The translations under genes were made by a program, and so were the position numbers. A stretch of DNA of 64,000 nucleotides. Origin: a virus. The notes beneath the pieces are model-generated. The model did no database searches, was not told the origin of the DNA, and was given only the letters and a program-made list of their open reading frames with translations. Location: IMG/VR virus record IMGVR_UViG_3300023180_006024; one strand, written 5' to 3'. Shown here in pieces: positions 10,801-22,200 of the stretch (position 1 is its first letter; every line of letters begins with the position of its first letter).

Positions 10801-11296
10801 ACCAAAAGGACACCCTAATGCAGTGCAAGGAAGATATCCAAACGGAAATAGAGTGAGAAATAGTACAAGACACGACTGTATTACATTTAATGGAGAAAGC
10901 GGATATGCTCATGCAGCAGATATTGATTTGTATCAGGGTAATACTATATTAGATGGTAGAAACTCTAGCCACCAAGCTATACTAAGAAGATTTTTACAAG
11001 TATGTGTTCAACAAGGTGTAAAAGGGTTTGGTTGGGATTCTGGATCTCGTGGGCAATCTAGATATTATATGGGTCCGTGTAGATTCCATGTTGATCTTTA
11101 TGGATTTTTGTCATATTGTCCTGGACCGTGGAGCACATCTAGAGGAAGAGCAAATCCTTCAGGCAGAGTAAGTGAAGGTCCTATTGCAGTATGGGGAGAT
11201 AATATGAGGACTGCACCTACTGCCTGCAGATGGGTAAGAAATGGAAACATAATCAGTCAAAGATATGATTGGTTCCCAAGAGCAGTTTTAAGTTAA
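7859..11296 (+). CDS. baseplate central spike (gp5/VgrG-like) with C-terminal tail-lysozyme and M15-like peptidase domains
   Basis: OB-fold GMWFVPPDVGSKVLV, RTRTGHQILL and beta-helix-like repeats, then AAGIVGNIRVES...GIVQW (phage tail lysozyme) and STRH...AADID...FHVD (LAS/M15 Zn peptidase-like). Confidence 0.8.
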   Translation: MRSQERRSARSSDRSYNTGPFIGRIVSHLDQKFMGALQVQILNYNDTGDDYQASNEVITCFYAPPFYGATPSTGLQGGTTYAESTQSYGMWFVPPDVGSKVLVMLIEGRRDFGYWFACVPEEFMNFMIPDGRASTLNTTANADLQSEIPEMVAAAEGLKVPVGEYNRATIDPAGETQPTNYPKPRNDLFIERLTEQGLLADDIRGTTSTSARREVPSMVFGVSTPGPMDKRPNAPTTNIGTVQNEINVPSSRLGGSSIVMDDGDDKFVRVGPADSTPSEYIDREYGSTTEGDVTIPANELIRMRTRTGHQILLHNSEDLIYIGNARGTSWIEMTSNGKIDIYANDSISVHSENDLNFSADRDINFECRNMNMVIGGTYKNSTSKSHSTTSGEFFAVKAGDSITHDAGTFISDTAQSGISHSANSGSIGITESGEICIDSDRNINVNSADNFNLTTGLNFNLKSTGGIFLTSTEADLHLFSQQRMNINTNAVMNLRSESTMNLHTKSNMNTQVDGKHKSTADLGFEFFTPIAYNVWAEGNMNLKVDGDILSYSNGNTYIKSNNYINLQSTNDINVKSSQAIRINPTGALSLYSGNNTVYIDGTTDVRINEGGSTAANTADTARQAEEVTVFAPEAYFASEATQCATLPPVNPFEADLLARKPMHEPWAQHENLNPLLYTPERTEAGQPSEDSFKTPIADTFINIGKDRGTADTTVSTTTNRAIEPLDEGGDIGDDVDLDLVGLSDNVEFAFNYLKQQLNLTDAQAAGIVGNIRVESYPEIRPQAYNGAGGGLGARGIVQWRGDRIRKFRERYNKDILEASLQEQLDYLIWEITDPTSPEAWAKTLERLRETRTPAEAARSFEATFERSGGHNLTTRVRYAEEVYLAAQDAFELVERTEPGSPPHPDVRIERGEVVPEGESDVETNPNAESRSLSGDAGDIVIQQNRACSRRFDISPQLERILRRAAAAAGITKIYISSAGQAPKGHPNAVQGRYPNGNRVRNSTRHDCITFNGESGYAHAADIDLYQGNTILDGRNSSHQAILRRFLQVCVQQGVKGFGWDSGSRGQSRYYMGPCRFHVDLYGFLSYCPGPWSTSRGRANPSGRVSEGPIAVWGDNMRTAPTACRWVRNGNIISQRYDWFPRAVLS

Positions 11297-11306
11297 GGAA
11301 GAATAC

Positions 11307-12377
11307 ATGGCACAAGACGATTCATTGATAACTGTTGTTGCTAATGCAGTAGATGATGTTGGTCAAACAACTAATGACTTTACGGTGAGAGCAAGAAATG
11401 CTATACAAAACGCAGATACAGTTTTTAATACTTTTGCAGAAAATATCGGAATAGAACTTGGATTATCACAAGTAGTAGAAAATCTAAGAGCTGCTGCATT
11501 ACCAGATTCTCCTGTATCTGCTTTTGAAAACTGTATCAATGTATTTGATAGAATAGAAGGACCAAGAATCAAAGAAGGACTTCCTACTGCTAGTGATTTT
11601 GATGAAAACATAAGTGGATTTGAAATCTTAGAAAAAAATCTACAAAAAGCTCTTGCATCAAACTGGAGGGTAAATGGAAAAAATAAGAACATTTTAGATG
11701 CATTTGTGTTAAGTGGTTATGATTACAGCAAAGATGGATATAAAGCAGAATACAACTGGAATGTTGCATTTATAAATTATATATTAAGCAGGAGTGGCTT
11801 TCGTTATTTAAAAACCTGTCAAGTTACACCGTATGAAAACTATGGTAGATCTATACCATTTACTAAGTTTGACAAAGTTAGAAAAAATGATATTTTGGTG
11901 TTTAAAAGTGTTGATTATAAACAAGTTTTAGGTTTTGTTCAGTCATATGATCCTGCTACAAAAACATGCAGTGCTATTGTAGGTAACGCAAACAGAGATG
12001 TAAAACTTGTTAGAAATATTCCAGTTTCTGCAACCAATCCTAAACTAAAACTAGTAACGATTAGGAGAAACTGGGATATACCTGAAGCATTTGACAAACC
12101 TTTGTACAACTTTAAAAGTCCTAATAATCCAAATAATGCGCAAGATCAGTTTTCTGCAGGATTACAATCTTTAGCAGATGTAGCAAAAGATCTTCCTATA
12201 CCTTTAGATTTTGGAGTAGAAACAGTAAGAAACTTAACCGAAACAGTAAACACACTTGCACCTGGCGTTGTATCTGCGGTAGAGCAAGCAACAAAACAGT
12301 TGAATAATAGTCAAATAGCAAGTGATGTAACAGCAGTAAGTAATAGTTTGAGAAACAAGTTAAGTTCACTACAATAG
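11307..12377 (+). CDS. virion-associated protein with degenerate CHAP/NlpC-like (TIGR02594-like) domain
   Basis: W-N-VAFINYIL..SG...YG.....KNDILVF....VLGFV....IVGN follows the CHAP-like layout, but the expected Cys and His are absent. Confidence 0.5.
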   Translation: MAQDDSLITVVANAVDDVGQTTNDFTVRARNAIQNADTVFNTFAENIGIELGLSQVVENLRAAALPDSPVSAFENCINVFDRIEGPRIKEGLPTASDFDENISGFEILEKNLQKALASNWRVNGKNKNILDAFVLSGYDYSKDGYKAEYNWNVAFINYILSRSGFRYLKTCQVTPYENYGRSIPFTKFDKVRKNDILVFKSVDYKQVLGFVQSYDPATKTCSAIVGNANRDVKLVRNIPVSATNPKLKLVTIRRNWDIPEAFDKPLYNFKSPNNPNNAQDQFSAGLQSLADVAKDLPIPLDFGVETVRNLTETVNTLAPGVVSAVEQATKQLNNSQIASDVTAVSNSLRNKLSSLQ

Positions 12378-12381
12378 GAAA

Positions 12382-12388
12382 ATAAATA
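12382..12388 (+). promoter_or_regulatory. late promoter (ATAAATA) 4 nt before the gp25 start
   Basis: ATAAATA-CGTT-ATG. Confidence 0.6.
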
Positions 12389-12392
12389 CGTT

Positions 12393-12836
12393 ATGAGCAC
12401 TTTAGAAAAAAATCTTTATAAAAATCTACAGATTAACAATCCTAGATACAAAAATAATCCTATTGTAAATAGGAGCTATAGAGGCTTGAGTACAGTTGAT
12501 CCAAACTCAAAAGATTTTGTTTTAAATGATATTGCTTTAATCAAACAAGATATTGTTAATCATTTTCATATACGTTTAGGAGAAAAGTTAGAACAGCCGG
12601 AGTTTGGAACTATTATTTGGGATGTTATATTTGAACCGTTGACAGATGCTTTAAAAAGTGCTATTGTTAAAAATGTAACCAATATTATAAACTACGATCC
12701 TCGTGTATCAGCAAACAACATAACAGTTGATAGCTTTGAATACGGTATACAGATTTATGCAGAACTAACATTTGTTGACTATAATATTAGCGAAAAACTT
12801 CGCTTTACTTTTGATTCAAGAAACAACATCTTTTAA
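12393..12836 (+). CDS. gp25: baseplate wedge subunit gp25-like
   Basis: IKQDIVNHFHIRLGEKLEQPEFGTIIWDVIFEP...YDPRV, the GPW/gp25 family signature. Confidence 0.9.
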   Translation: MSTLEKNLYKNLQINNPRYKNNPIVNRSYRGLSTVDPNSKDFVLNDIALIKQDIVNHFHIRLGEKLEQPEFGTIIWDVIFEPLTDALKSAIVKNVTNIINYDPRVSANNITVDSFEYGIQIYAELTFVDYNISEKLRFTFDSRNNIF

Positions 12837-12857
12837 TGTACGCATATTATAAAATGC

Positions 12858-12864
12858 ATAAATA
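12858..12864 (+). promoter_or_regulatory. late promoter (ATAAATA) upstream of gp6-like gene
   Basis: ATAAATA in the intergenic gap, followed by GAGG RBS. Confidence 0.55.
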
Positions 12865-12887
12865 TTGTATTAGCCGAGGATTGCAAA

Positions 12888-15800
12888 ATGTCATCAACTG
12901 ATAGACAAAATAGATTATTACTTGCCGAAGATTGGCAAAAAATATATCAGAGTTTCAAGTACGCAGATTTCAAAAGTTACGACTTTGAAAATCTTCGTAG
13001 AACTATGATCAACTACATTAGACAAAACTATCCAGAAGATTTTAACGATTATATTGAATCAAGTGAGTATCTTGCATTGATTGATATGATTGCATTTCTT
13101 GGGCAAAATATTAGTTTTAGAGTAGACCTTAATGCTAGAGAAAACTTTATAGAGCTTGCTGAACGCAGAGAAAGCGTTTTACGTATGGCAAGACTTTTAA
13201 GTTACAATGTAACTAGAAATCAAGCAGCAAAGGGTCTTTTAAAGATTTCAAGTGTCAGCACCACTGAAAATATAACAGATAGCAACGGTACAAATCTAAG
13301 CGGTAAAACAGTAAAATGGAATGACACGGTTAACACTAACTGGTACGAACAGTTTATAAAAGTTGTAAATGCATCATTGAATACAATCAATAGATTTGGT
13401 ACACCAAACAAACTTGATAATGTTGCCGGCATACCCACAGAAAAATACAAAGTAAATGTTGCAAATGGTATTTTACCAATATTCACATTTAACTCAAGTG
13501 TGAATGGTGCAGACTTAGAGTTTGAAGTTGTAAGTGCAGACATACAAGATGGCTCTATTGTAGAAGAACCGCCATTACCAGGAAATACTTTTGGTATTCT
13601 ATACAAAGATAACGGACAAGGACCAGGAAGTACACAAAGTGGATTCTTTGTAAACTTTGTTCAAGGTAGTTTACAAAAAGGAGATTTTACAGTAAACTTG
13701 CCAACACCAAATCAAACTATTGATATTAATATTACAAATGTAAACAATAATGATGTCTGGTTATATGGACTAAATGAAAGCAATGTAGAACAAGATTTAT
13801 GGACAAAAGTTGAAGCAGTAGAAGGCAACAATATAATCTATAACAGTGTTTCTAAAGGTATTAGAAACATATTCAGTGTATTGACACGTAGCGAAGACAG
13901 AATAAGTCTAATATTCAGTGATGGAACATTTGGAGAACTTCCAAAAGGCACATTTAGATCTTATTATCGTAGAAGTGCAAATAGAGATTTTGACATTTTA
14001 CCTGCTGATATAAAAAATGTTACTTTGCGTATTCCTTATACAAGTTCAAAAGGCAGAGTTGAAACAATGATCATTGTTGCAGATCTTGCTTCTCCTGTAT
14101 ACACAGCTACAAGCACAGAATCAACAGACAGTATTAAAACAAACGCACCAAGTACATATTATACACAAAACAGACTTATTACAGGTGAAGATTATAATGT
14201 AGGACCTTTAGGTGTAAGTCAAGAGATTATAAAAATTAAATCTATTAATAGAACCAGCAGCGGTATTAATAGATATTATGATTTGACTGACGCTACAGGA
14301 AAATATAGCACAACAAATCTATTTGCTGATGATGGTATTCTTTATAAAGAAACTATTAACAAAGTTGATGCATTTGATTTTTTAACACGAACAGATATCG
14401 AAGCTATTATTAACAACAAAATAACAAGCATATTAGCTGATAATAATATTAGAAACTTTTATTTAAGCGAGTTTACTGAGCAAAACTACACTGAATTAAA
14501 TCTAAAATGGAATCAAGAAACATACGATTCTTCGTCTAGCTCTGGTTACATCACTGATGGAGATATAAACTTTGCAGTTTCAACCGCAACATCAGGGCCA
14601 TTAAAATACGTAGAGCCTGGTGCATTGGTTAAGTTTACTCCGCCTGAAGGATATTATTTTGACAAAGATAATAAAATAGTGTTTGGCACTCCTGCTAACT
14701 TAGGAGACAAAACAGAAATATGGACTAAAGTTATAAATGTTTACGATACAGGAACAAGTGTAACAGATGCAGGACTTGGAGGTATACTTTTAGATGATTT
14801 TGTGCCAACTGATGCTGTTTTAAATAGTTTAAAAATTAAATATGTTAGAGATATTATTGATGATGTAAAAAATCAAATGATTGATCAAGTATTTTCTTAT
14901 AAAACATTTGGATTGCGTTACGATCTTGTTGACAGGCAATGGAAAGTAATCTTACAAGAAGATTTAAATGTTTTAGGAGATTTTAGTCTAGGTCTGGCAG
15001 GTGACGTTACTGGGCAAAAACTAGATTCTAGTTGGGTTGTCTTATTTGAAACTAACGGAGACACCTACAATATAACCTATCGTACAATAAGATATATTTT
15101 TGAAAGCAAAAGTCAAACAAGATTCTATTTTGATAATAACAAAAAAATCTATGATAGTAAAACAGGAAAGATCATAAGAGACAAAGTTTCTGTTTTAAAT
15201 ATCAACAGAGATTTGTACAGTGAAGGAACAACATCTCCTTTTACAGTTGACTATGATTGGGCTATTAGCAGCGAGTTTAGAGACTTAAACGGTTATGTAG
15301 ATAGTAAAAAAGTTGAAGTTATTTTCTTTGATAATGACGACGACGGTGTTGTAGACAATCCAGAAATATTTGAAAAGATTGTTACATTTGGAGATACAGA
15401 TTATATCTTTTTGAAAAAAGTTGCCTATGCAGATAGCGAGTTTTACCAATATTGCGATGATGTTATTACTGTTGGTACTCCAGATGCAACAGTCGACGGT
15501 GTTTGGTACGATGCAAATAATGATACTTTTTATTCTACAAATAGCAGTACAAGAAAAGTTACAGAACTCACTGGATATAAAGCGTTCAGAGGACGTGATA
15601 ATCTAAAGTTCCAATATGTACATGCCAGTGATGAAAATGCACGTATAGATCCTAGCAGCAGTAATATTATAGATCTTTTTGTATTAACAAAAACATATGA
15701 TACATTATTTAGACAATATTTGATTGGTAATGTGGCATCAATGCCATTGCCACAAAGCAGCGATAGTCTTTACAGAGATTACGGCGAATCAATCAATGCA

Positions 15801-16292
15801 ATCAAAAGTATCAGCGATGAAGTAATATACCATCCTGTAAAGTACAAAGTACTGTTTGGCGATAAGGCAGAAAATGCATTGAAAGCAACATTTAAAATAG
15901 TAAAATCAAAAGAGCGTGTTACAAATGATAATGATATTAAGTCAAGAGTTATTGAAGCAGTAAATCAATATTTTGCTTTAGAAAACTGGGACTTTGGAGA
16001 AACATTTTACTGGAGTGAACTTTCTGCATATATAATGAACAGTTTGTCACCTGATATTACCAGTATTGTTATTGTTCCTAATGATAGCACTAGTGCATTT
16101 GGTAGTTTATTTGAAGTAAACAGTGAAAGCGATGAGTTGTTTATTAGCGGCGCAACTGTGGCAGACGTTGAAATCATTACAGCAAATACAGCAGAAAAAC
16201 TCAAATCTCAAGGAAATCTAGTAACAGATACTTCAAACACAACAGCTGGAATACAAAGCACCACTAATATAATAGTAGGTGGAGGATATTAA
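12888..16292 (+). CDS. baseplate wedge subunit gp6-like (extended)
   Basis: DFKSYDFENLR...DFNDYIESSE...ENFIELAERRESV...LSY; FSDGTFG.LP; TQNRLITGEDY; follows gp25. Confidence 0.85.
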   Translation: MSSTDRQNRLLLAEDWQKIYQSFKYADFKSYDFENLRRTMINYIRQNYPEDFNDYIESSEYLALIDMIAFLGQNISFRVDLNARENFIELAERRESVLRMARLLSYNVTRNQAAKGLLKISSVSTTENITDSNGTNLSGKTVKWNDTVNTNWYEQFIKVVNASLNTINRFGTPNKLDNVAGIPTEKYKVNVANGILPIFTFNSSVNGADLEFEVVSADIQDGSIVEEPPLPGNTFGILYKDNGQGPGSTQSGFFVNFVQGSLQKGDFTVNLPTPNQTIDINITNVNNNDVWLYGLNESNVEQDLWTKVEAVEGNNIIYNSVSKGIRNIFSVLTRSEDRISLIFSDGTFGELPKGTFRSYYRRSANRDFDILPADIKNVTLRIPYTSSKGRVETMIIVADLASPVYTATSTESTDSIKTNAPSTYYTQNRLITGEDYNVGPLGVSQEIIKIKSINRTSSGINRYYDLTDATGKYSTTNLFADDGILYKETINKVDAFDFLTRTDIEAIINNKITSILADNNIRNFYLSEFTEQNYTELNLKWNQETYDSSSSSGYITDGDINFAVSTATSGPLKYVEPGALVKFTPPEGYYFDKDNKIVFGTPANLGDKTEIWTKVINVYDTGTSVTDAGLGGILLDDFVPTDAVLNSLKIKYVRDIIDDVKNQMIDQVFSYKTFGLRYDLVDRQWKVILQEDLNVLGDFSLGLAGDVTGQKLDSSWVVLFETNGDTYNITYRTIRYIFESKSQTRFYFDNNKKIYDSKTGKIIRDKVSVLNINRDLYSEGTTSPFTVDYDWAISSEFRDLNGYVDSKKVEVIFFDNDDDGVVDNPEIFEKIVTFGDTDYIFLKKVAYADSEFYQYCDDVITVGTPDATVDGVWYDANNDTFYSTNSSTRKVTELTGYKAFRGRDNLKFQYVHASDENARIDPSSSNIIDLFVLTKTYDTLFRQYLIGNVASMPLPQSSDSLYRDYGESINAIKSISDEVIYHPVKYKVLFGDKAENALKATFKIVKSKERVTNDNDIKSRVIEAVNQYFALENWDFGETFYWSELSAYIMNSLSPDITSIVIVPNDSTSAFGSLFEVNSESDELFISGATVADVEIITANTAEKLKSQGNLVTDTSNTTAGIQSTTNIIVGGGY

Positions 16293-19200
16293 TGGCATAC
16301 GAAAAAAATCAAAACGAATCACCTATTCCTACAGACGAAAACTTTACAAGAACAGCTAGTGAGTTTCTTCCTAAGTATTTTAGAACTGATACAAACAAAA
16401 AGTTTCTACAATCTAGTATAGATCAGATGATTAGTTCTGGAACACTTGAAAAACTGAATAGTTTTGCAGGTAGAAGATATGCAAGAGCAACAAAAGTTGA
16501 TGATGCATTTTATCCAGATGTAACAGAAACAAGAGAAAATTATCAGTTTGAAACAAGCACTGTTATTAAAGATACTTTAGATAATGTGACGTTTTTTGGT
16601 GATTATATTGATTATTTAGGAGCCTTAAAGTACTATGGTGTGGATACAACAAATCATAATATTTTGAATAAGCAACAAAGTTATAGTTTAGATAGCCATA
16701 TTGATTGGGATAAGTTTACAAACTTTAGAGAATATTATTGGTTACCACTAGGGCCAAAACGTATAACAGTAGTTGGACAAAGTAAAAGCGTACAAAGTAC
16801 ATATAAGATTACTACTAGTAATCAAGATGACAACACAACTTATGTGTTTACACCTAATGGATTTACTAATAATCCAACGATCACCCTTTACAAAGAACAA
16901 ACATATCGTTTTGAAATCAATGCACCTGGGCACGGGTTTGCATTTACTTATAATAGAAATGTTGAAGATTTAAATCCTACAAATGAAATAGAACAAAATA
17001 ATCTTTCAAGGATATACACAAAAGGTATTAAAAAGTTTGTCTATGATAGCGAAGGAAAACTAGCAGAAACTGATTTAGATTACATTGAAAATGGTGTTAT
17101 TGAATGGACTGTACCTGTAGATGTACCTGAAGATTTATATTACATAAGCGAAACAGATATTAATACAAGTGGTATTGTGTTAAGTAAAGATATCACAGAA
17201 AACAGCGAAATCAATGTTGAAGAAGAAATACTAGGTAAAAAAACATACACAACAAGCAACGGTATTAAGTTGTCAAATGGTATGAAAGTTAGATTTGCCG
17301 GCAGTGTTACACCCGAACAGTATGCAGATGGTGAATGGTTTATTGAAGGTGTAGGAGATAGCATCAGAATAATCAATCAGCAAGATCTTGAAGTTCCTGC
17401 TGTATTTACTGACGAAATTGAAGTTCCTTTTGACACGTTCAACTTTGACGATGTGCCATTTGAAAATGCTGATAGTTATCCAGCTGTACAAGATTATATT
17501 GTGATTAATAGAGGCAGTGCTGACAGAAATCCTTGGAGTAGATATAATCGTTGGTTCCACAGAGATGTGATTATTGCATCAGCTGAAGCGAACAATGCAG
17601 ATCCTGAGTTAGACGAAGTTTCAAGAGGCAAACGTCCTATTATTGAGTTTGATGCAGGACTGAAACTTTGGAATCACGGAAATAAAACAAAACAAAATAT
17701 CAATCTTGTTGATACATTCACAACTGATGTTTTTAGTACAATAGAAGGTAGCTTGGGTTACAGTATTGATGGTGTCGAAGTAACTAACGGTATGCGTGTA
17801 ATGTTTACAGCAGATCCTGATAGTTTTGTAAATGGAAAAATATATATTGTAAACTTTATAGAACATAATGGTAGAACTCAGATTAGTCTTGTTCCATCAA
17901 CTGATTCAGATCCTGCAGAAGGCGACACAGTACTAGTTACTGGTGGAACAGAATACAAAGGAAAAATGTTTTTCTATGACGGAGATAAATGGAATCTAAG
18001 TCAAGAAAAAACAAAAGTTAATCAAGCACCATTATTTGATTTATTTGATAAAAATGAAACAAACTTAAATGATACTGTTTATTATCCTACAAGTAGTTTT
18101 AGAGGAAATAAAGTATTCAGTTATGCTCAGGGCACCGGTGCTAATGATAGTATTCTAGGTTTTCCATTAAAATATAGAAACATTAATAATATCGGCGATA
18201 TTGTTTTTGATTTTAATCTTTTATCTGAAACTATTTCCTATCAAGACGAACTACAAAACGATTTTACTGTTAACAGTGACGTATTATTTTTAAAAAAATA
18301 CAACTACACTGGCGATACTTTCGAATATAAAAATGCCTGGACAAAAAGTAGTGCTCAAACTATCCAGCCGGTTATATTACAATACAATAATATGTTAAAC
18401 AACTTTCCTATTGATTGTTTTAATAATGCAGGTAATTTAGACGATTTGTTTATCAAACTTTTTGTCAATGGAACAAAAAGAAATGATTACACTATTACAA
18501 AAAGAAATGGATTAGCATTTGTCACACTTGACACTGATCTTGAATCAGCAGAACTTGTTGTTGTAAAATGTTATAGTAATGCGCCAAAAAATAATAATGG
18601 TGTGTATGAGATACCTCTTAACTATGAAAGAAATCCATTAAATGAAAATATAACAACATTTACTTTAGGAGAAGTAAATGATCATGTTAAAACTATAACT
18701 GATTTCCATCCAGAGTTTGCAGGCGATGCACTTGGTGTTAATAACTTGAGAGATCTAGGCCCACTAAGTCCGTATGGCAGATTATTAATGCAACACGAAG
18801 GTCCTCTAAATCTTCCATTATTCCATCTTGTTTCAAAACAATACAATGCTGTTAAAGGCTTAGATGTTGCGAGGAAAAGTTATAATACATTTATAAGAAG
18901 CTTCTTAAGAGAAGCAGAAAAAAATGCTTTTTCTGGTAGTGTAAAAGAACATGTTGATTTTATTTTACAAGAAATAAACAAAGATAAAAGTCCTACACAA
19001 AATTTTTATACATCTGATATGGTTCCTTTTGGAGGATATACAGTTGAACAACATGATATAGATTTTAATGGACCGACATATATTGCGTTAAAGAAAACAT
19101 TTACATTAGATTCTCTAAGTAATAAAGCAGTACTTGTTTACAGAAATGATGTGCAGTTAGTACACAATAAAGATTATACTTTCAGTGACGGGTTTGTGTA

Positions 19201-22200
19201 TATTAGTATAGATTTAGTACAGAATGATGTTATTAAAATATTTGAGTATGAAAACACAAATGGAAGTTTTGTTGCACCTACTCCTGTGAAGTTGGGATTA
19301 TTACCTGCATACGAACCAGAGAAATATATTGATAACACCTATTTAGAATCAAAAACTGTTATTCAAGGACACGATGGTAGTATTACAGTTGGATATGACG
19401 ATTATAGAGACGATCTTTTATTAGAACTTGAAAAAAGAATATACAATAATATAAAAGTAAAATATGATGCTGACATACTTAATGTATATGATTTTATACC
19501 AGGATACGATAGAACAACTAACTTTAGTAAAAATGACATTGATGCATTAATGCTTGGAGGTTTTAGCGAGTGGTTATCTTTTGCAAACAATTTTGATTAT
19601 ACAAAAAATAATACAATCGAAGGTAATGGATTTACTTATAACTATAGTAGTACCAACGACTTTGCTGATAAAACTCTAAAAGGTTCGTGGAGAAATGTTT
19701 ATAAAACATACTACGATACAGACAGACCGCATACACATCCTTGGGAAATGTTAGGATTTACTGTAAAGCCAACTTGGTGGAATGAAGTTTATGGTCCAGC
19801 ACCTTATACAGGAGATAACTTTGTTTTATGGCAGGATTTAGAAAAAGGTATTGTTAGAGAGCCAAACAAACCTATTGTTGTAAAAGACAAATTTAAAAGA
19901 ACCAACTTAACAAAACATATTCCTACTGATCAATATGGCAGACTTTTAGATCCAACTGCTAGTGGTTTGGCAAAAGGAACACTATTAAAAACTGTAAAAA
20001 ATCCTTTTGTTTATGGAGATCAAAGTCCTGCAGAAACAGCTTGGAGAAGAAGCAGCGATTTTAGATTTAGTTTATTACGAGCTTGGATGCTATTAAGTCC
20101 TGCAAAAGTTTTTGGTTTAGGATTTGACAGAAGTAGAATCACAAAAGATATTGTTGGAAATATTGTGTGGAGTGATACACAAAAGCGTGTAAAGCTGCAA
20201 GACATTGTTGTGCCTATGATAAAAAGTGATATGCAATATTTGACAGCAGGCATTATAAACTATGTAACTGCAAATATTAGCACTCGTATTGATACAAAAC
20301 TTTCTGATTATAAAGATGAACTTGCAAAGATTAAAAACCAACTAAGCATAAGATTAGGTGGTTTTGCAGATAAAGATAAAATCAAACTGGTACTCGATAG
20401 CAGAAGTCCTTTAAATAAAACAAGTGTGTTTGTACCAGATGAAAACTACAAAATATTCTTAAACAAAAGTTCAGTACAAGATATACCTTCTATTTCAGGA
20501 ATGATCATTGAACAACTAAAAAATGCAGATGGCGAATCAACTGGTTTTACTATTAGAGGTTACGATATTGAAAATCCTGTGTTTAACTATTATCCTCATA
20601 TTCCGCAGTTTAACGATCCTGGAATAACAGTTGGCGGTATTAGTGAAAGTTATGTAAACTGGGGTACAGATCAACTATACACTAAAGGCACAGTTGTATT
20701 TTATTCAGGTAGATACTATAGAGCATCTATTACACATACCAGCGGTAATAGTTTTGATAACGAAAACTTTGTTGGACTATCCAAGTTGCCTGAAGTTGGC
20801 GGCATTGGAGCACAGATAAGAAAAGTATTTGATTATTCAAATCCACAAAAAATATATTATGGAGCATATTTTTCTAGCGTTCAAGAAGTAGTAGATTTTA
20901 TGTGTGGCTATGAAGCATACTTAAAACAACAAGGATTTATTTTTAATAACGTAAGCGATGCAGGTGTTCTTGAAGATATGACACTTTGTATTAAAGAGTT
21001 TTTGTTTTTCAACACACAAAACTGGGATCAAGGTGCAGTAATCAGCACAAGTCCTGTTGCAAATAAACTTACATTCTTTAGAGATTATTTTGGTGTTGAT
21101 GATATTTACGAACCGTTTTACAACTATAACTTGTTAGGTGGAAACGGACAAAAAATTGAACCAGCATTTGTAAACCTGTTTAGAGACAACACAGACTTTA
21201 ATGTTCAGTCATTAGGCGAAGGTGTTTACCTTGCTAAACTACCTTTAATACAAACCGAACATGTTATTCTAATAGACAACGAAACAGTATTCAATGATGT
21301 TATATACGACACAATACCTGGATACAAACAAGAAAGAATAAAAGTTGTAGGGTATAGGACAGATTTTTGGGATGGTACACTTAATGTTCCAGGATTCTTC
21401 TATGACGAAGCAAAAGTAGTAGAATGGACACCAAACACTGATTATACTGTTGGCGATCTAGTAAAGTTTAAACAGTTTTACTATTCTAATGTAACTGGTC
21501 ATACAAGCGGAGAAACTTTTGACAGTAGCCAATGGACACTATTAAGCAGTAGACCACAAGACCAACTATTTCCTAACTGGGATTATAAAGCAAAACAGTT
21601 TGCTGATTTCTACGATTTAGACACTGATAACTTTGATGCGGAGCAACAAAGATTAGGTCAGCACTTAATAGGTTACCAAAAAAGAGATTATCTAAATAAT
21701 ATTATTACAGATGCAACAAGTCAGTACAAGTTTTATCAAGGATTTATCCAAGATAAAGGAACAAAAAATGCACTTACAAAACTATTTGATCCATTGAGTA
21801 GTGCAAATGCAGATAGTATTGAGTTTTTTGAAGAATGGGCATTACGTCTAGGACAATACGGTGCAATAGATAATATAGAAGAAGTTGAGTATGTTTTAGA
21901 CGATAAAAAGTTTAAGACAGAACCACAAATAGTTGAACTAGTTCAAAATAAAACACCAGCAAGAACTGATCTTACATTTGAAATAGCAGATTTTGAAGTA
22001 TATGCAAAACCTTTAGGTTATAACCATAAACCATTTACTGTTAGAAATGATAATGAAATATACACAAGAGATGCTGGTTATGTTAGAGACAAAGATGTAG
22101 ACTATAGTGTTGCATCTTATGACGATTTAGCAAAACTAGATATTGAAAGCGTAAAAATAGGCGATAATATCTGGGTGCAAAAAATAAAACAATCTTGGAC

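Noticed and set aside
4333-16292. Bacterial contractile injection system or T6SS interpretation of the gp25/gp5/gp6 cluster
   Set aside because: It is flanked by T4-like gp55/gp46/gp47 and uses phage late promoters; no cellular housekeeping context.
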